DNA of 64,000 nucleotides from Candidatus Cloacimonadales bacterium (GTDB lineage: Bacteria; Cloacimonadota; Cloacimonadia; Cloacimonadales; JAIOQZ01). Below are positions 21,102 to 30,748 of the stretch, one piece after another (the stretch's first letter is position 1; the number at the start of each line of letters is the position of its first letter). The notes below the pieces were generated by a model. The model was not told the DNA's origin and did no database searches. It saw only the letters and a list, made by a program, of their open reading frames with translations. Both the position numbers and the translations under genes were made by a program. The stretch spans positions 64,001 through 128,000 of the forward strand of contig OY762463.1 of assembly GCA_963665815.1 (NCBI GenBank). The letters run 5' to 3'.

Positions 21102-22832
21102 TTATAGATTTAAAAATTTTAGAAACTCTTCTTGGATTTCATTTTTCTTTTCTTCTTTTATATTGTCTTTTTGCCACTCTATAATGGAATGAATTGGTTT
21201 TAGATGATTACTCGGAGGTTTAGATATTCCTAAAAAATCTTCAAAATCCTTATCGAATATTTTTCTATCTTTAGAGAACGGATAAGCTTGATATTCATCA
21301 TCCAAGAAAGAATTTACAATATCCCAGAATCCTATATCTGCACTATTTCCTTTGTTATTTATAAAATCCTTATCATACCATACAGAGTGTTTGATGCCCA
21401 TTTCATTCAGCAGTTCCATATATTTTGGAATATTATACTTCCCTTCTGCATTTAATACAAAGAAATCCCTATTTTTAATAGTGCTCCAATCATTATCTAA
21501 GAGATATAGAATTAGATTTCTTTCTGTTGCACCTTCGCAAATTAAAACCTTACTTGCAAAAAACATTTTAGCTCTTTCTGAATCGACGCTAAAAGAAAGC
21601 TTAAGAATTTCATAATATTCAGGTATATCAAAATTTAATTTTTTTTCAATGTTCTTAACTAAGTGTTCATGTGTTTCAGGATTTGATTTGATCTCGTTGA
21701 GTTTTGCAACCAATTTTCCTAAGCCTGAACTGAGTATGTTGGGATCTATGTGATAGGTTAGAGAAACACCTTCTTCTTTTTTGATATGAGTATTTTTTTT
21801 GACATCTGCAAAATTATTAGAGACAAAATTTGTAGAGTGTGTAGTTATTATAACTTGATTATCTTGAGTATTTGCTAAATCTTGCAAGCTCGCATTTAAT
21901 GTATCTTGTTGAGATGGATGCAAAAATGCTTCTGGTTCTTCAAATAAAATCAAAGTAAGATTAGATTGAAAATCCTTCTTTTTAGGAGCTTTAACAGGTT
22001 GGTATTTAGGAGTAAGATTTATTAGAGCATAAATTAAATGTCTCTGGAATCCTTGTCCAAAATCCTCAATTTTTTGTTGTGAATCACCTAATTCAGCATC
22101 GCTAAAATAATGAGAAACTAGGTTCTTTACGATATCTTCTGGTTTTAACTCATTGAAAAATATTTTGAAATTGATCCCCCAATCACCGATTAAATCATTA
22201 ATGTCGGCTTCAACAGTCTTAATCGATAATTCATCTTCTTTATTTTCTTTTAAAAGTTTTTCAAAAGTATTAAATGATTTTGTTAATTGTACAAATTCCT
22301 TTGATTGTTTTACAACTGATTTGAAGACAAAATTCATAATATCTCTGAATGGAGAAGGTCCACTTGTTTTTAATTGCTCAGAGGATTTACTTACATCTGG
22401 GATATAGACTAAGTTCCCAATTTTTGATCGAGATACTGCTCTCATTCCATAAAACTGATTTGTGGATAACTTACCACTTTCATAAGCATGAATATTAGAT
22501 TGTTTGCTATCGAATAACTCTTTATCTGTGGAAGCAAAATAACGTCTTAATTTTAATACTTTATCTTCAGTCTTATATTCATCCTTCAATGTATCAAACT
22601 CACAATTCTCTAATTTATAATGTAATTCTATCCAACTTTCTTTGTCAGTTGTATCAAATATTGGAAAATCAGTTTTAGAGTATTTTACATCATCATAAAA
22701 TAAACGAAGAGCATAAATAAGATTGGATTTCCCAGAGTTATTTTTCCCGATAAATAAGCTATATTCATATAAATCTATTTCTTCGTGTTTGAAAGATTTG
22801 ATGTTGTGGACAATCATTTTGACAATATACAT
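21102..22832 (-). CDS. OLD-family ABC-ATPase/TOPRIM nuclease (putative anti-phage)
   Basis: Walker A GKNNSGKS, signature-like GQGFQR, Walker B LFEEPEAFLHP, TTHS; TOPRIM LICEGATE and YDKD. Confidence 0.88.
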   Translation of the reverse strand: MYIVKMIVHNIKSFKHEEIDLYEYSLFIGKNNSGKSNLIYALRLFYDDVKYSKTDFPIFDTTDKESWIELHYKLENCEFDTLKDEYKTEDKVLKLRRYFASTDKELFDSKQSNIHAYESGKLSTNQFYGMRAVSRSKIGNLVYIPDVSKSSEQLKTSGPSPFRDIMNFVFKSVVKQSKEFVQLTKSFNTFEKLLKENKEDELSIKTVEADINDLIGDWGINFKIFFNELKPEDIVKNLVSHYFSDAELGDSQQKIEDFGQGFQRHLIYALINLTPKYQPVKAPKKKDFQSNLTLILFEEPEAFLHPSQQDTLNASLQDLANTQDNQVIITTHSTNFVSNNFADVKKNTHIKKEEGVSLTYHIDPNILSSGLGKLVAKLNEIKSNPETHEHLVKNIEKKLNFDIPEYYEILKLSFSVDSERAKMFFASKVLICEGATERNLILYLLDNDWSTIKNRDFFVLNAEGKYNIPKYMELLNEMGIKHSVWYDKDFINNKGNSADIGFWDIVNSFLDDEYQAYPFSKDRKIFDKDFEDFLGISKPPSNHLKPIHSIIEWQKDNIKEEKKNEIQEEFLKFLNL

Positions 22833-22842
22833 TTTTCCTCCT

Positions 22843-22888
22843 TTATCGCATCACTCTAAACAAAAACGCCATCACACCCAAAATCCTG
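22843..22888 (-). pseudogene. 3' remnant of a paralogous phage repressor gene (RILGVMAFLFRVMR*)
   Basis: 22849-22888 matches 24581-24620 (RILGEMAFLFRVMR*) with 3 substitutions; cut exactly at left end L2. Confidence 0.85.
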
Positions 22889-23255
22889 TATAAAGTGACA
22901 CCCAAGAGTACATAGACTACATCGAGCATCTTCTCCTTTTATCTCTTTATTAATTCAATATTTACACTTATTTTACATCGCTTTTGCAAAACTTCCATTT
23001 TAGAGAGATTTACAGTGTCCAATTTCTGGTTTGTTTCTGTTTTGACGGCTTGTTTGGGGATGCTAAAAGGTTTGTAAGTTACTTTAAATCATTATGTTAT
23101 AAATCGTTGGTCGTTTGTGGCTGTGAAAATACTCGCTAACTCAACCGCTTTTGCGCTTTTGCGCCATTCCGCAAATGCGATAGCGACCATTTCGGTTTGA
23201 TTTTCTGCAAAAGCGATTTGCAATAACGCTGAGACACCGAAACGCAATTGCGTTA
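22889..23255 (+). repeat. Left end L2 (inner copy)
   Basis: TATAAAGTGACACC terminal repeat followed by CGCTTTTGCG/CGCAAATGCG motifs. Confidence 0.85.
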
Positions 23256-23334
23256 AAAAAGAAATGATCGGAATATTTTTCTGATTATTTGACAAACGAA
23301 ATCGTTATGTAATTTTTTACATAAGGAGATAAAT

Positions 23335-24567
23335 ATGAGAAAATGCATAATCTGTAGAATGGATAAATCAGAAGATTTGTTTAATGATGAACATGTTATT
23401 CCTGATTCAATATCTGGTTATTATCATATAAATAAAGTGTGCAAAGAATGTAATTCAAAAATTGGTAGTAAAATTGACAGTCATTTAACAAATCATTTAT
23501 TAATTGAATTTCAAAGACATTTGCTAAAAATAAAAGGGAAGAAAGGTAAAGTACCCAATCCATTAAAAGGTACTCACGAGGTCAAGGAAACTGGACAAAA
23601 AGTAAGATTAGATTTAGACTCAGAAGGTAAATTTGCACCAAGATATTTTCCTCTTATCCCTCAAAGCATTAATGATAGCCAGCCTTTCATCATAGATGCA
23701 CGAGATAAAAGTAAAATTGAACCAATTATTAAAGGTTTTGCAAAGAAGCAAGGTTTATCAAGAAGTGACATAAAGGTCGAAAGTACATTAGAAAGAGATA
23801 GAAAATGGATAGTAGGTAATTTTGCTGTTGATACTAAGAAATTTAAAATGGCGTTATTGAAAATAGCTTATGAATTTACAGTAGATCAGGTTAAAGATTA
23901 TTTCGATGATCCTATGGCTAAGGTTGTCTCAAATCTACTACTCAATGCAGACTTTGATAAACTTTATGATTCAATAGTGTTTTATGGAGATGGAATAGAT
24001 AATCGGATTGTTGATCAATTTTCCAGATTCATCAATTTCAATGATAACAATCATTATCTGGTTCTTTTAGGTTCAGAAACATTGGGTCTAATCTGCTATG
24101 TTAATCTATTTGCTACATTTTATCTTGGAATAAAGATGAGTGACAAACCTTATTTGATTGGTCATAGTATAGTTGTTGGCATAAATGATATTAATCAAAA
24201 AAAATTTTCTGTTTCAACTCTTGAAAATATTATAAATAAAATGTACCCTACAACGGAATATAATTTTCAATTTCATTTCAAAGATCAAGAATCATACGAA
24301 GAGTTTATATTAAATGAAAATATTCCATCATCGTCAGTCTATAAGGAGAACAATGATATTCCATTCTACAACTCAAATGGTGAAATAATTTATAATAATA
24401 TCGAGTTAAAACTTCACCAAAAACAACTTAAATACACAGATATAAATGATCAGCAAAACAAGCTTATAACAAATATCATTCTGGATGAAGAACTTTATAT
24501 TAGGTTACTTCCTATGAACAAGCTATGCAAAGTTGTTTCAGTTAATATTGAAAGAATCCGAAAATGA
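23335..24567 (+). CDS. HNH endonuclease-domain protein (putative defence cargo)
   Basis: N-terminal CIIC..EHVIP...CKECNS zinc-binding HNH motif; RBS AAGGAG. Confidence 0.8.
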   Translation: MRKCIICRMDKSEDLFNDEHVIPDSISGYYHINKVCKECNSKIGSKIDSHLTNHLLIEFQRHLLKIKGKKGKVPNPLKGTHEVKETGQKVRLDLDSEGKFAPRYFPLIPQSINDSQPFIIDARDKSKIEPIIKGFAKKQGLSRSDIKVESTLERDRKWIVGNFAVDTKKFKMALLKIAYEFTVDQVKDYFDDPMAKVVSNLLLNADFDKLYDSIVFYGDGIDNRIVDQFSRFINFNDNNHYLVLLGSETLGLICYVNLFATFYLGIKMSDKPYLIGHSIVVGINDINQKKFSVSTLENIINKMYPTTEYNFQFHFKDQESYEEFILNENIPSSSVYKENNDIPFYNSNGEIIYNNIELKLHQKQLKYTDINDQQNKLITNIILDEELYIRLLPMNKLCKVVSVNIERIRK

Positions 24568-24574
24568 TTCTTAA

Positions 24575-25306
24575 CTACCTCATCACTCTAAACAAAAATG
24601 CCATCTCACCTAAAATCCTGAAGGTTTCAAGTTCGTAGTCTTCAATTATGATGACATTGTAATCTTCATTTAATGGTCTTAGTAAAACTCTTCTTTTATC
24701 TCCATCAAACTGAAGTTTTTTAAGTGTTACACCATCAGGAGTTTGGCAAGCACAGATTTTTCCATCAAGATTTAGCACATCATTTCGTTCGTGAATTATC
24801 ACAACATCACCATTCATAATTTTCGGAGCCATACTGTTTCCATTTATTCTAAGTGCAACATAGGTATCCTGCGAATCAGATAAATAGGCTTTTGGGATTT
24901 CAATATATTTCCACGGCTCTGCATCATATCCGTCAATAGGACTACCGGCAGCAATTTCACCATAAATCGGAAGTGTGATATTTCTTGAATCAAATGGGTT
25001 AAGTTTATGTTGATAAACAGTTTTACTACCGGACATTTCCTCTAAGCCTTTATTATTGCCTTCTCCATAAAGCTTTCCATCTGCATCCGGAATAAACATA
25101 CTACCCTTACCGGTGATAAGCCAATTCAGGTTCAATCCATAGTTTTCATTGATACGAGCCATCGCAGGTGGCGAAGGTTTACTCGGCTTTTTTCTACTTG
25201 TCCAGTCAGAGACGTTGCTCTGAGTTACTTCAATGGTCTTGGCGAACTCGGAACGTGTTATACCAAGAGAGTTTATGAACATTGTTAATCTGTCTTTAAT
25301 ATCCAT
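24575..25306 (-). CDS. Phage CI-like repressor (HTH + S24 peptidase)
   Basis: XRE HTH, NLNWLITGKG, AAG cleavage site, GNSM (Ser) and TLKK (Lys). Confidence 0.92.
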   Translation of the reverse strand: MDIKDRLTMFINSLGITRSEFAKTIEVTQSNVSDWTSRKKPSKPSPPAMARINENYGLNLNWLITGKGSMFIPDADGKLYGEGNNKGLEEMSGSKTVYQHKLNPFDSRNITLPIYGEIAAGSPIDGYDAEPWKYIEIPKAYLSDSQDTYVALRINGNSMAPKIMNGDVVIIHERNDVLNLDGKICACQTPDGVTLKKLQFDGDKRRVLLRPLNEDYNVIIIEDYELETFRILGEMAFLFRVMR

Positions 25307-25337
25307 TCGACCTCCTTATTTGTTCTCTGCGAACAAA

Positions 25338-25353
25338 TTGCAACATGTTGCAA
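25338..25353. promoter_or_regulatory. Perfect 16-bp palindrome TTGCAACATGTTGCAA in the immunity region (putative operator)
   Basis: Lies between the divergent repressor and Cro/Ner-like genes. Confidence 0.55.
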
Positions 25354-25473
25354 GGGACTGCGAATGACGGCAGTTTTTCCTTGACTACATCGCAAGGCTA
25401 TAATTTTATAGCTTCACGATGACATGGTTTGCAAGTTTGCGAAGCGTGTCAATGAAAAAATTAGGAGGTTCCG

Positions 25474-25716
25474 ATGAGATCAAAGTATCATCCGGCGGAA
25501 ATCAGAGCAGCAATGACGCTTAAAAGTCTCACTACCATTGCAATATCAAAGCAAATGTCCATCTCAAGAAGGACTCTTGATTACTTCATAAGTGGACAAT
25601 TAAATATGAGCAGATCAGAAGAATTTATAGGACTTCTACAGCCTGAGCTTGATGAAATAAGTAAAACCTTTCGCAAACATATCGGCAAAGATTTGCAACT
25701 TTGCGAAGTAGGATAA
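25474..25716 (+). CDS. Small HTH protein, Cro/Ner-like
   Basis: HPAEIRAAM..K N-terminus resembles Ner; divergent from the repressor; RBS AGGAGG. Confidence 0.65.
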   Translation: MRSKYHPAEIRAAMTLKSLTTIAISKQMSISRRTLDYFISGQLNMSRSEEFIGLLQPELDEISKTFRKHIGKDLQLCEVG

Positions 25717-25718
25717 TT

Positions 25719-27727
25719 ATGGATTTTCAAGAGTTAACGATTCAGGATGTTCAAAAAGTGTTTTCTAAAAGTCGAGACGGTGCTTATAGAATGGCTAAAT
25801 TGAATAATTGGGATTATGAATTCAAGTCTCTTGATAAAGGCGGAAGATTCAAACTCTATAAAGTCCCGACTGCGATTATACCTAAAGAAGAAGTTGTTGC
25901 CGCAGAAGCGATATCTGACGCAGTAAAAGCCGAAGTAGTCGAGTATGATCCTACAATTGAAAATCTTATGCCTGAAATTAAAATTCCTGAACACGAACTT
26001 TATAGAGCACAGTTAAAAGCAGAGCTTTGTGAGAAGGTAATTTCTGAATTTCATAAGATTAAGGTTAAAAAGCAAGCAGTAGAAAATGTTCTGGATGCTT
26101 ATAATAGAGGAATGCTCATACCTGAATTATTCAGACTCGAAGATACAAGAACTGCTCGCACTTTACGAATGTGGCTTAGAACCTATGAAGAGAGTGGTCG
26201 TGATTTCAAATCCCTTACTCGCTTATCAAAGGCTTCTGCTCAGATGAAGGCAACCGAGAAAGAACAAAACTTCCTTCTTGGATTACTACTTGATGCCAAC
26301 AGAATCAAAATCGGTTCAGCTATCAGAAAGTAAAACAATTCAGCAGACTTGGAGCAATCGAATCTCCAACCAGTGAAAGAGCACTTAGACGATGGTGTGA
26401 GAGTTGGAGAGACAGCCATGTCCAACAATGGAATCTTCTTCGCAACGGAAACAAGTTTATTAAGGATAACACCTTATTCAGCCTTGATCGTGCAGAATGT
26501 CTCAATGTTGGTGATGTCTGGGTTGCTGATGGTCATAAACTGGCTTTTGATATTATTGATCCGGTTTCAGGCAAACCAAAACGTATGATGCTGATTATGT
26601 TCTTTGATTGGGCAAGCCGATATCCGGTAGGAGCATCACTGGCAAATTCTGAAGATTCAGAACATATTCTGATGGCTCTTAGAAACGGAATCCTTCACTG
26701 GAAAGGCAGACCAAAGTATGTCTATCTTGATAATGGTAGAGCATTTAAATCAAAACTGTTTCATCAGAATTGGGAGAAGCATAATCTCGAAGAGGAATTA
26801 TGCGGAATATTTCCAAGACTGGATATCAGTGCAGTTTTTGCCAAAGCCTACAATGCCAGAGCGAAAGTGGTTGAGAGATTTTTCAACACATTCCAGGAAG
26901 ATTTTGAAAGATTTATGGATACTTTCAGAGGTTCTGGAATCGGAGATAAACCGGCATTTCTGATGCGTAATGAAAAATGGATTCAGAAACTGAAAAAACG
27001 TGAGCCACTGACTGTAGAACAGGCAAAGCAATTTATGGCAATCTACTTTCAAGAGCTTTATGGCAAAACACCTCATGGCGGATTAAAAGCCAAAACTCCT
27101 CTTGAAGTTTTCAGGTCTGCAGAAGTTCCGGAGAACAGAAAAATCGAATCTTCTGAACTGAATTTTATGATGCTTAAAGTTGATGAAAGAAAAGTCAGAG
27201 GAAACGGCATCCAGCTTTCAAACGTGATTTACTATCACGATTATCTGATGAACTATGTAGGTCAGAAAGTATCACTCAGATACGATTTGATGGATATGCG
27301 ATCGATTCTGGTTTATGACAAAGACGGAAAACTTATCTGTCAGGCATTAATCAAGAAATCAGTTCATCCGTTTATCAAACTGGCAGTCAATCAGCCATTA
27401 GCCGAAAAGCAACTTCAAAAACAAATCGCTCATCAAAGAAAATTAGAGAAAAATGTAAAACGTGATTCTGCCATCCTGCAAAAGCAGGTTCAGGAAGCAA
27501 TTTCAGAATTTGAACTGCCAATGCTGAAACTTCCGGATTCAGCTTTTAATGAAAATGGCTTACTTGAACATAACGCTACTGTCGATGAAAGCCTTGATAT
27601 CGATAGAATGGCTGAACAGACAGCACATTTATTATCAAAATCCACTCCTGCTCCAATTGAAAAAACGGCTGAAGAGCAGGGATTGGAAAACTTAGACAAA
27701 TTACTAAAACAAATAGGCATAGATTAG
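25719..27727 (+). pseudogene. Mu A-like DDE transposase interrupted by a -1 frameshift at ~26328
   Basis: Adding one A at AGAAAG gives a continuous ORF with VADGH, YLDNGRAF, KVVERFF and a Mu-transposase C-terminal domain (RKVRGNGI, RYDLMD). Confidence 0.85.
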
Positions 27728-27735
27728 GAGATCAC

Positions 27736-28452
27736 ATGAGAGAATATGCTTTAGCACAAACAAGTAATGTAAAACAAGCTTATGATTTGTTTGATTACCT
27801 TATTAAAAGACCAAAAACTGAAATGGTCGGGTTAGGACTTATCTACGGACCTCCGGGACTGGGCAAAAGCAGATTTGCCAGACAGACTGCAATTCAAAAT
27901 GATTATATCTACTTCAGATTAGAAGCTACAATGACAGCTAAAAGCTTTGCCGGAAGGCTTCTTGAAAGAATCTACTTCCACTTTGGAATGCCGAAAATTG
28001 GAATCAGAGGGACTGCCAATGATATTTTTCATCGCTGTCTTGAAATACTGAAAAATTTTGAAAACACAATTATCGTAATTGATGAGATTGATTATGCTTT
28101 CAAAAACAAGAAAATCTTAGGCAGTATCCGAGACATCGTTGATCAGACTCTTTCGATTGTTGTATTAGTCGGTATGGCTGACGCTAAAGAGAAGCTTCTT
28201 GCCGCAGATGCTCATTACTTTGACAGGTGCAATTTCTTCTGCCAATTCAAACCATTAAACGAAAGTGATTTAACACTTTTATGTAAAGAGGTGTGTGATG
28301 TTGAAGTTGATGACATAGTAATCAAACATATAGCCAAAAAGACTAAAGGCAATATTCGTAAATTTATCAAATCACTCTACTCTCTTGAAAATCTGGCAGA
28401 AAGAGAAAACTTAACTGTCATCAGACCTGAGCATATTACATCAATGCAGTAG
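27736..28452 (+). CDS. Transposition AAA ATPase (MuB/TniB-like)
   Basis: GPPGLGKS, VIDEID, VLVGM; directly after the transposase. Confidence 0.88.
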   Translation: MREYALAQTSNVKQAYDLFDYLIKRPKTEMVGLGLIYGPPGLGKSRFARQTAIQNDYIYFRLEATMTAKSFAGRLLERIYFHFGMPKIGIRGTANDIFHRCLEILKNFENTIIVIDEIDYAFKNKKILGSIRDIVDQTLSIVVLVGMADAKEKLLAADAHYFDRCNFFCQFKPLNESDLTLLCKEVCDVEVDDIVIKHIAKKTKGNIRKFIKSLYSLENLAERENLTVIRPEHITSMQ

Positions 28453-28460
28453 GAGAAATC

Positions 28461-29561
28461 ATGGAAATATCATTCTATAAGAAAGTTAGAAATTTCATAG
28501 AGTTTTTTGATAAGCCTTTCACCGGTGACGTTGTTGCCGGTGAAACCGGTCTTACAATTAAGCAGGTTACCAGAGTTCTTGGTAAGATGAATGACGTAGG
28601 TTTAATCAAGCCCATTTCATCACAAGGCAAGTTCAGAATCTATATCAAGAACATTGAATACAAAGAAGAAAATCCGATGAACAACTATAACTTCGAAATC
28701 AAATTTCTAAAATCTATGATTCGTAAATTGAAAACCGGTAATTATAGCAGTACACGTCAGCTTGAAGACGTTATGGATGGTGACAGAAGAAAAGTAACTC
28801 GCTATTTGATAGCTCTCTGTTCAATCGGAATGGTAGATTTGATAAACGGTAAATACAAAGTGGTTAAGGATGTTGACCTGCTTCTGATTGGAAGCAAGAT
28901 GGATCGATCAATTTTAAGAAAACTCAAAGATAAAGAAATCGAATTTACAGAAGGAGTAATAATGGGAAGAAAGGAGAAAATACTTACAGATGCACATGGT
29001 CGGGAATATCCTGCTAAAATACTTGATCCTCAAATTGTGAAGAGAGACACTATTGTTAATCGTTTAATGGGCAAAGCATTGAGATTACACGATAAAATAG
29101 AAACCGAGAAAATTAAGATGGTTGAAGATATTGATAAATACCTCACTCAAACAGCTCAGAAATATGGAGAAGAATGGAAAGGCAATGCTGAATTGGTTTC
29201 CTTTGATGGTAAGTATAAAATTGAAATCAGAAACCGAGAGCGTATTGAATTCAGCGAAAAACTCCAAATTGCAAAACAGAAGATTGATGAGTGTCTAAAA
29301 CGCTGGAGCGAGGATTCAAATGTTAATCTTCAGGCAGTTATCAAAGAAGCATTTCAGGTTGATAAAAAAGGCGAAATTGCCAAAAGCAGAATCTTAGGTC
29401 TCCGCCGTTTCAACATCAAAGATAAACAATGGCAACAAGCTATGGATTTAATAGACGAAGCCATACAAGTTACTTCAACCAAGCAGTATATTGCATTTTA
29501 TGAAAGACCATCGGAAGACAAATCATTTCAGCTTGTATCACTAAATTTTAGTGCGTTATAG
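28461..29561 (+). CDS. HTH-containing N-terminal region in frame with a DUF3164-like protein (internal RBS and ATG at 28962)
   Basis: KGN..L.SFDG, AKQKIDECL..WS, AFQVDKKG, W..AM..I..AI, ..L.FSAL as in DUF3164 of Mu-like phages. Confidence 0.7.
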   Translation: MEISFYKKVRNFIEFFDKPFTGDVVAGETGLTIKQVTRVLGKMNDVGLIKPISSQGKFRIYIKNIEYKEENPMNNYNFEIKFLKSMIRKLKTGNYSSTRQLEDVMDGDRRKVTRYLIALCSIGMVDLINGKYKVVKDVDLLLIGSKMDRSILRKLKDKEIEFTEGVIMGRKEKILTDAHGREYPAKILDPQIVKRDTIVNRLMGKALRLHDKIETEKIKMVEDIDKYLTQTAQKYGEEWKGNAELVSFDGKYKIEIRNRERIEFSEKLQIAKQKIDECLKRWSEDSNVNLQAVIKEAFQVDKKGEIAKSRILGLRRFNIKDKQWQQAMDLIDEAIQVTSTKQYIAFYERPSEDKSFQLVSLNFSAL

Positions 29562-29706
29562 AAACTAACAGAGCAGGGCGATAAACTCCGGATTTTCGGA
29601 GTGTTTCTCTTTGCTCTCTTTTTTTGACATTTTTTGTGGTAACTCTGGGCAACGCTGTTTGACCCTGTTGGCAACTCCTATTTATATGAACTCAGGAGAT
29701 AAAAAT

Positions 29707-29919
29707 ATGGTTCAGGTTTTTAATGAAAGCAAGTGTTATACTCCCTTGAGAGTATCAGAAATTTTGGCTGTTGATATCAGCACCATCTACAGGCTGATCA
29801 GAGATATTGATCATCCGCTTCCTGCATTCAGGCTTAAATCCAATGGTCAATTACGAGTGCATGGAAAAGAAATAAACAAGTATTTAGAAGATCACAAGGT
29901 TGATCCTCTAAACGAATAA
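29707..29919 (+). CDS. Excisionase-like HTH DNA-binding protein
   Basis: YTPLRVSEILAVDISTIYRLI..LPAFRL; RBS GGAG. Confidence 0.75.
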   Translation: MVQVFNESKCYTPLRVSEILAVDISTIYRLIRDIDHPLPAFRLKSNGQLRVHGKEINKYLEDHKVDPLNE

Positions 29920-30318
29920 ATGATGACAAACAGGCAGATTGAGTTTGCAAAGCGTTTGAGAAAGAAGATAGTCATTTTCGCAAAAAATGATCTCCGAATG
30001 ACTATGAATGACCTTCACTCTCAAATGGAATCTCTGGGATACGGAACCTCCCTCAGGCAACTCAGTCTGCCTTCTCTTATTAATCTCAACCAAACACTTA
30101 AAGGTAAATCAAACTGTATTCACGAAAATCTCGATGCTCAAGGCAAGAAAATCTGGGCATTGTATAAATCTTCAACTTGGAGCAAAGAGCAGTTATATGG
30201 CTTCATTGCTCAGAAATTCGGAAAATCCGGAATTCAGTATTTAACCAAACAAGAAAAAGGAACTTTGATTAAAGTCTTACAAAGCTATGAACTCAAGAGA
30301 ATACAAAATCAAACGTGA
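29920..30318 (+). CDS. Mu GemA/gp16-like (DUF1018) protein
   Basis: KKIWALY, L.GFI..KFG..IQYLT..E...LI..L pattern; position in the early-middle region. Confidence 0.6.
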   Translation: MMTNRQIEFAKRLRKKIVIFAKNDLRMTMNDLHSQMESLGYGTSLRQLSLPSLINLNQTLKGKSNCIHENLDAQGKKIWALYKSSTWSKEQLYGFIAQKFGKSGIQYLTKQEKGTLIKVLQSYELKRIQNQT

Positions 30319-30748
30319 ATCAGCTAAGAAGCTGTATCTGAAAGGTGAAACCAATGCTGTTGCTCTTGCTAAAATTTATGGAGTAACAGATAAAACCGTT
30401 CGCAACTGGATTAGAACCGGTAAATGGGAAGCTGAGTATGATGAGATTTCAAGTCTTGAAGATGAGATTAAAATAGCAGTTAAGAAGGCTTTAATCAAGG
30501 CTCTCAAAGAATATGCCAGAGACCCGCAAAACACCGCTCTACAATCCCTTGTTTCGCTTCTCAGGCAATACAACAAAGACATTGAACCAACCAGAGATTT
30601 TATCGAATATATGAAGAAATTTCTGGATTGGCTTGTTGATTTCTTTCTTACACGAAACGATGATGATATCGCTAGAGCAATTCAAAAGGAAATATTGGGA
30701 GAAGCCGGTATTGTAGAATACTTCAGGAAGCGTGCAAGTAGTGGTTAA
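30287..30748 (+). CDS. Putative terminase small subunit (HTH, DUF1804-like)
   Basis: AKKLYL.G...LA..YGV..KTVRNW...GKW; directly upstream of the large terminase. Confidence 0.65.
   Translation: MNSREYKIKRESAKKLYLKGETNAVALAKIYGVTDKTVRNWIRTGKWEAEYDEISSLEDEIKIAVKKALIKALKEYARDPQNTALQSLVSLLRQYNKDIEPTRDFIEYMKKFLDWLVDFFLTRNDDDIARAIQKEILGEAGIVEYFRKRASSG

Noticed and set aside
21102-22832. Gabija or retron/PARIS system
   Set aside because: No adjacent UvrD-like GajB, reverse transcriptase or separate partner gene; only a stand-alone OLD-like gene is supported.
22887-22890. Canonical TGT start for the left end
   Set aside because: The TG aligns with the interrupted repressor sequence (aaaatcctg), is absent at L1, and the right end reads ...ATACT rather than ...ATACA.
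26349-26588. Separate 79-aa gene between the transposase halves
   Set aside because: Wrong frame; the true transposase continuation (…VWVADGH…) is in the frame of 26585-27727.
5149-28452. CRISPR-associated transposon linking Cas9 with the transposase and AAA ATPase
   Set aside because: Cas9 has intact nuclease motifs and cas1/cas2, lies >11 kb outside the element ends, and is separated by housekeeping genes; no TniQ is recognisable.
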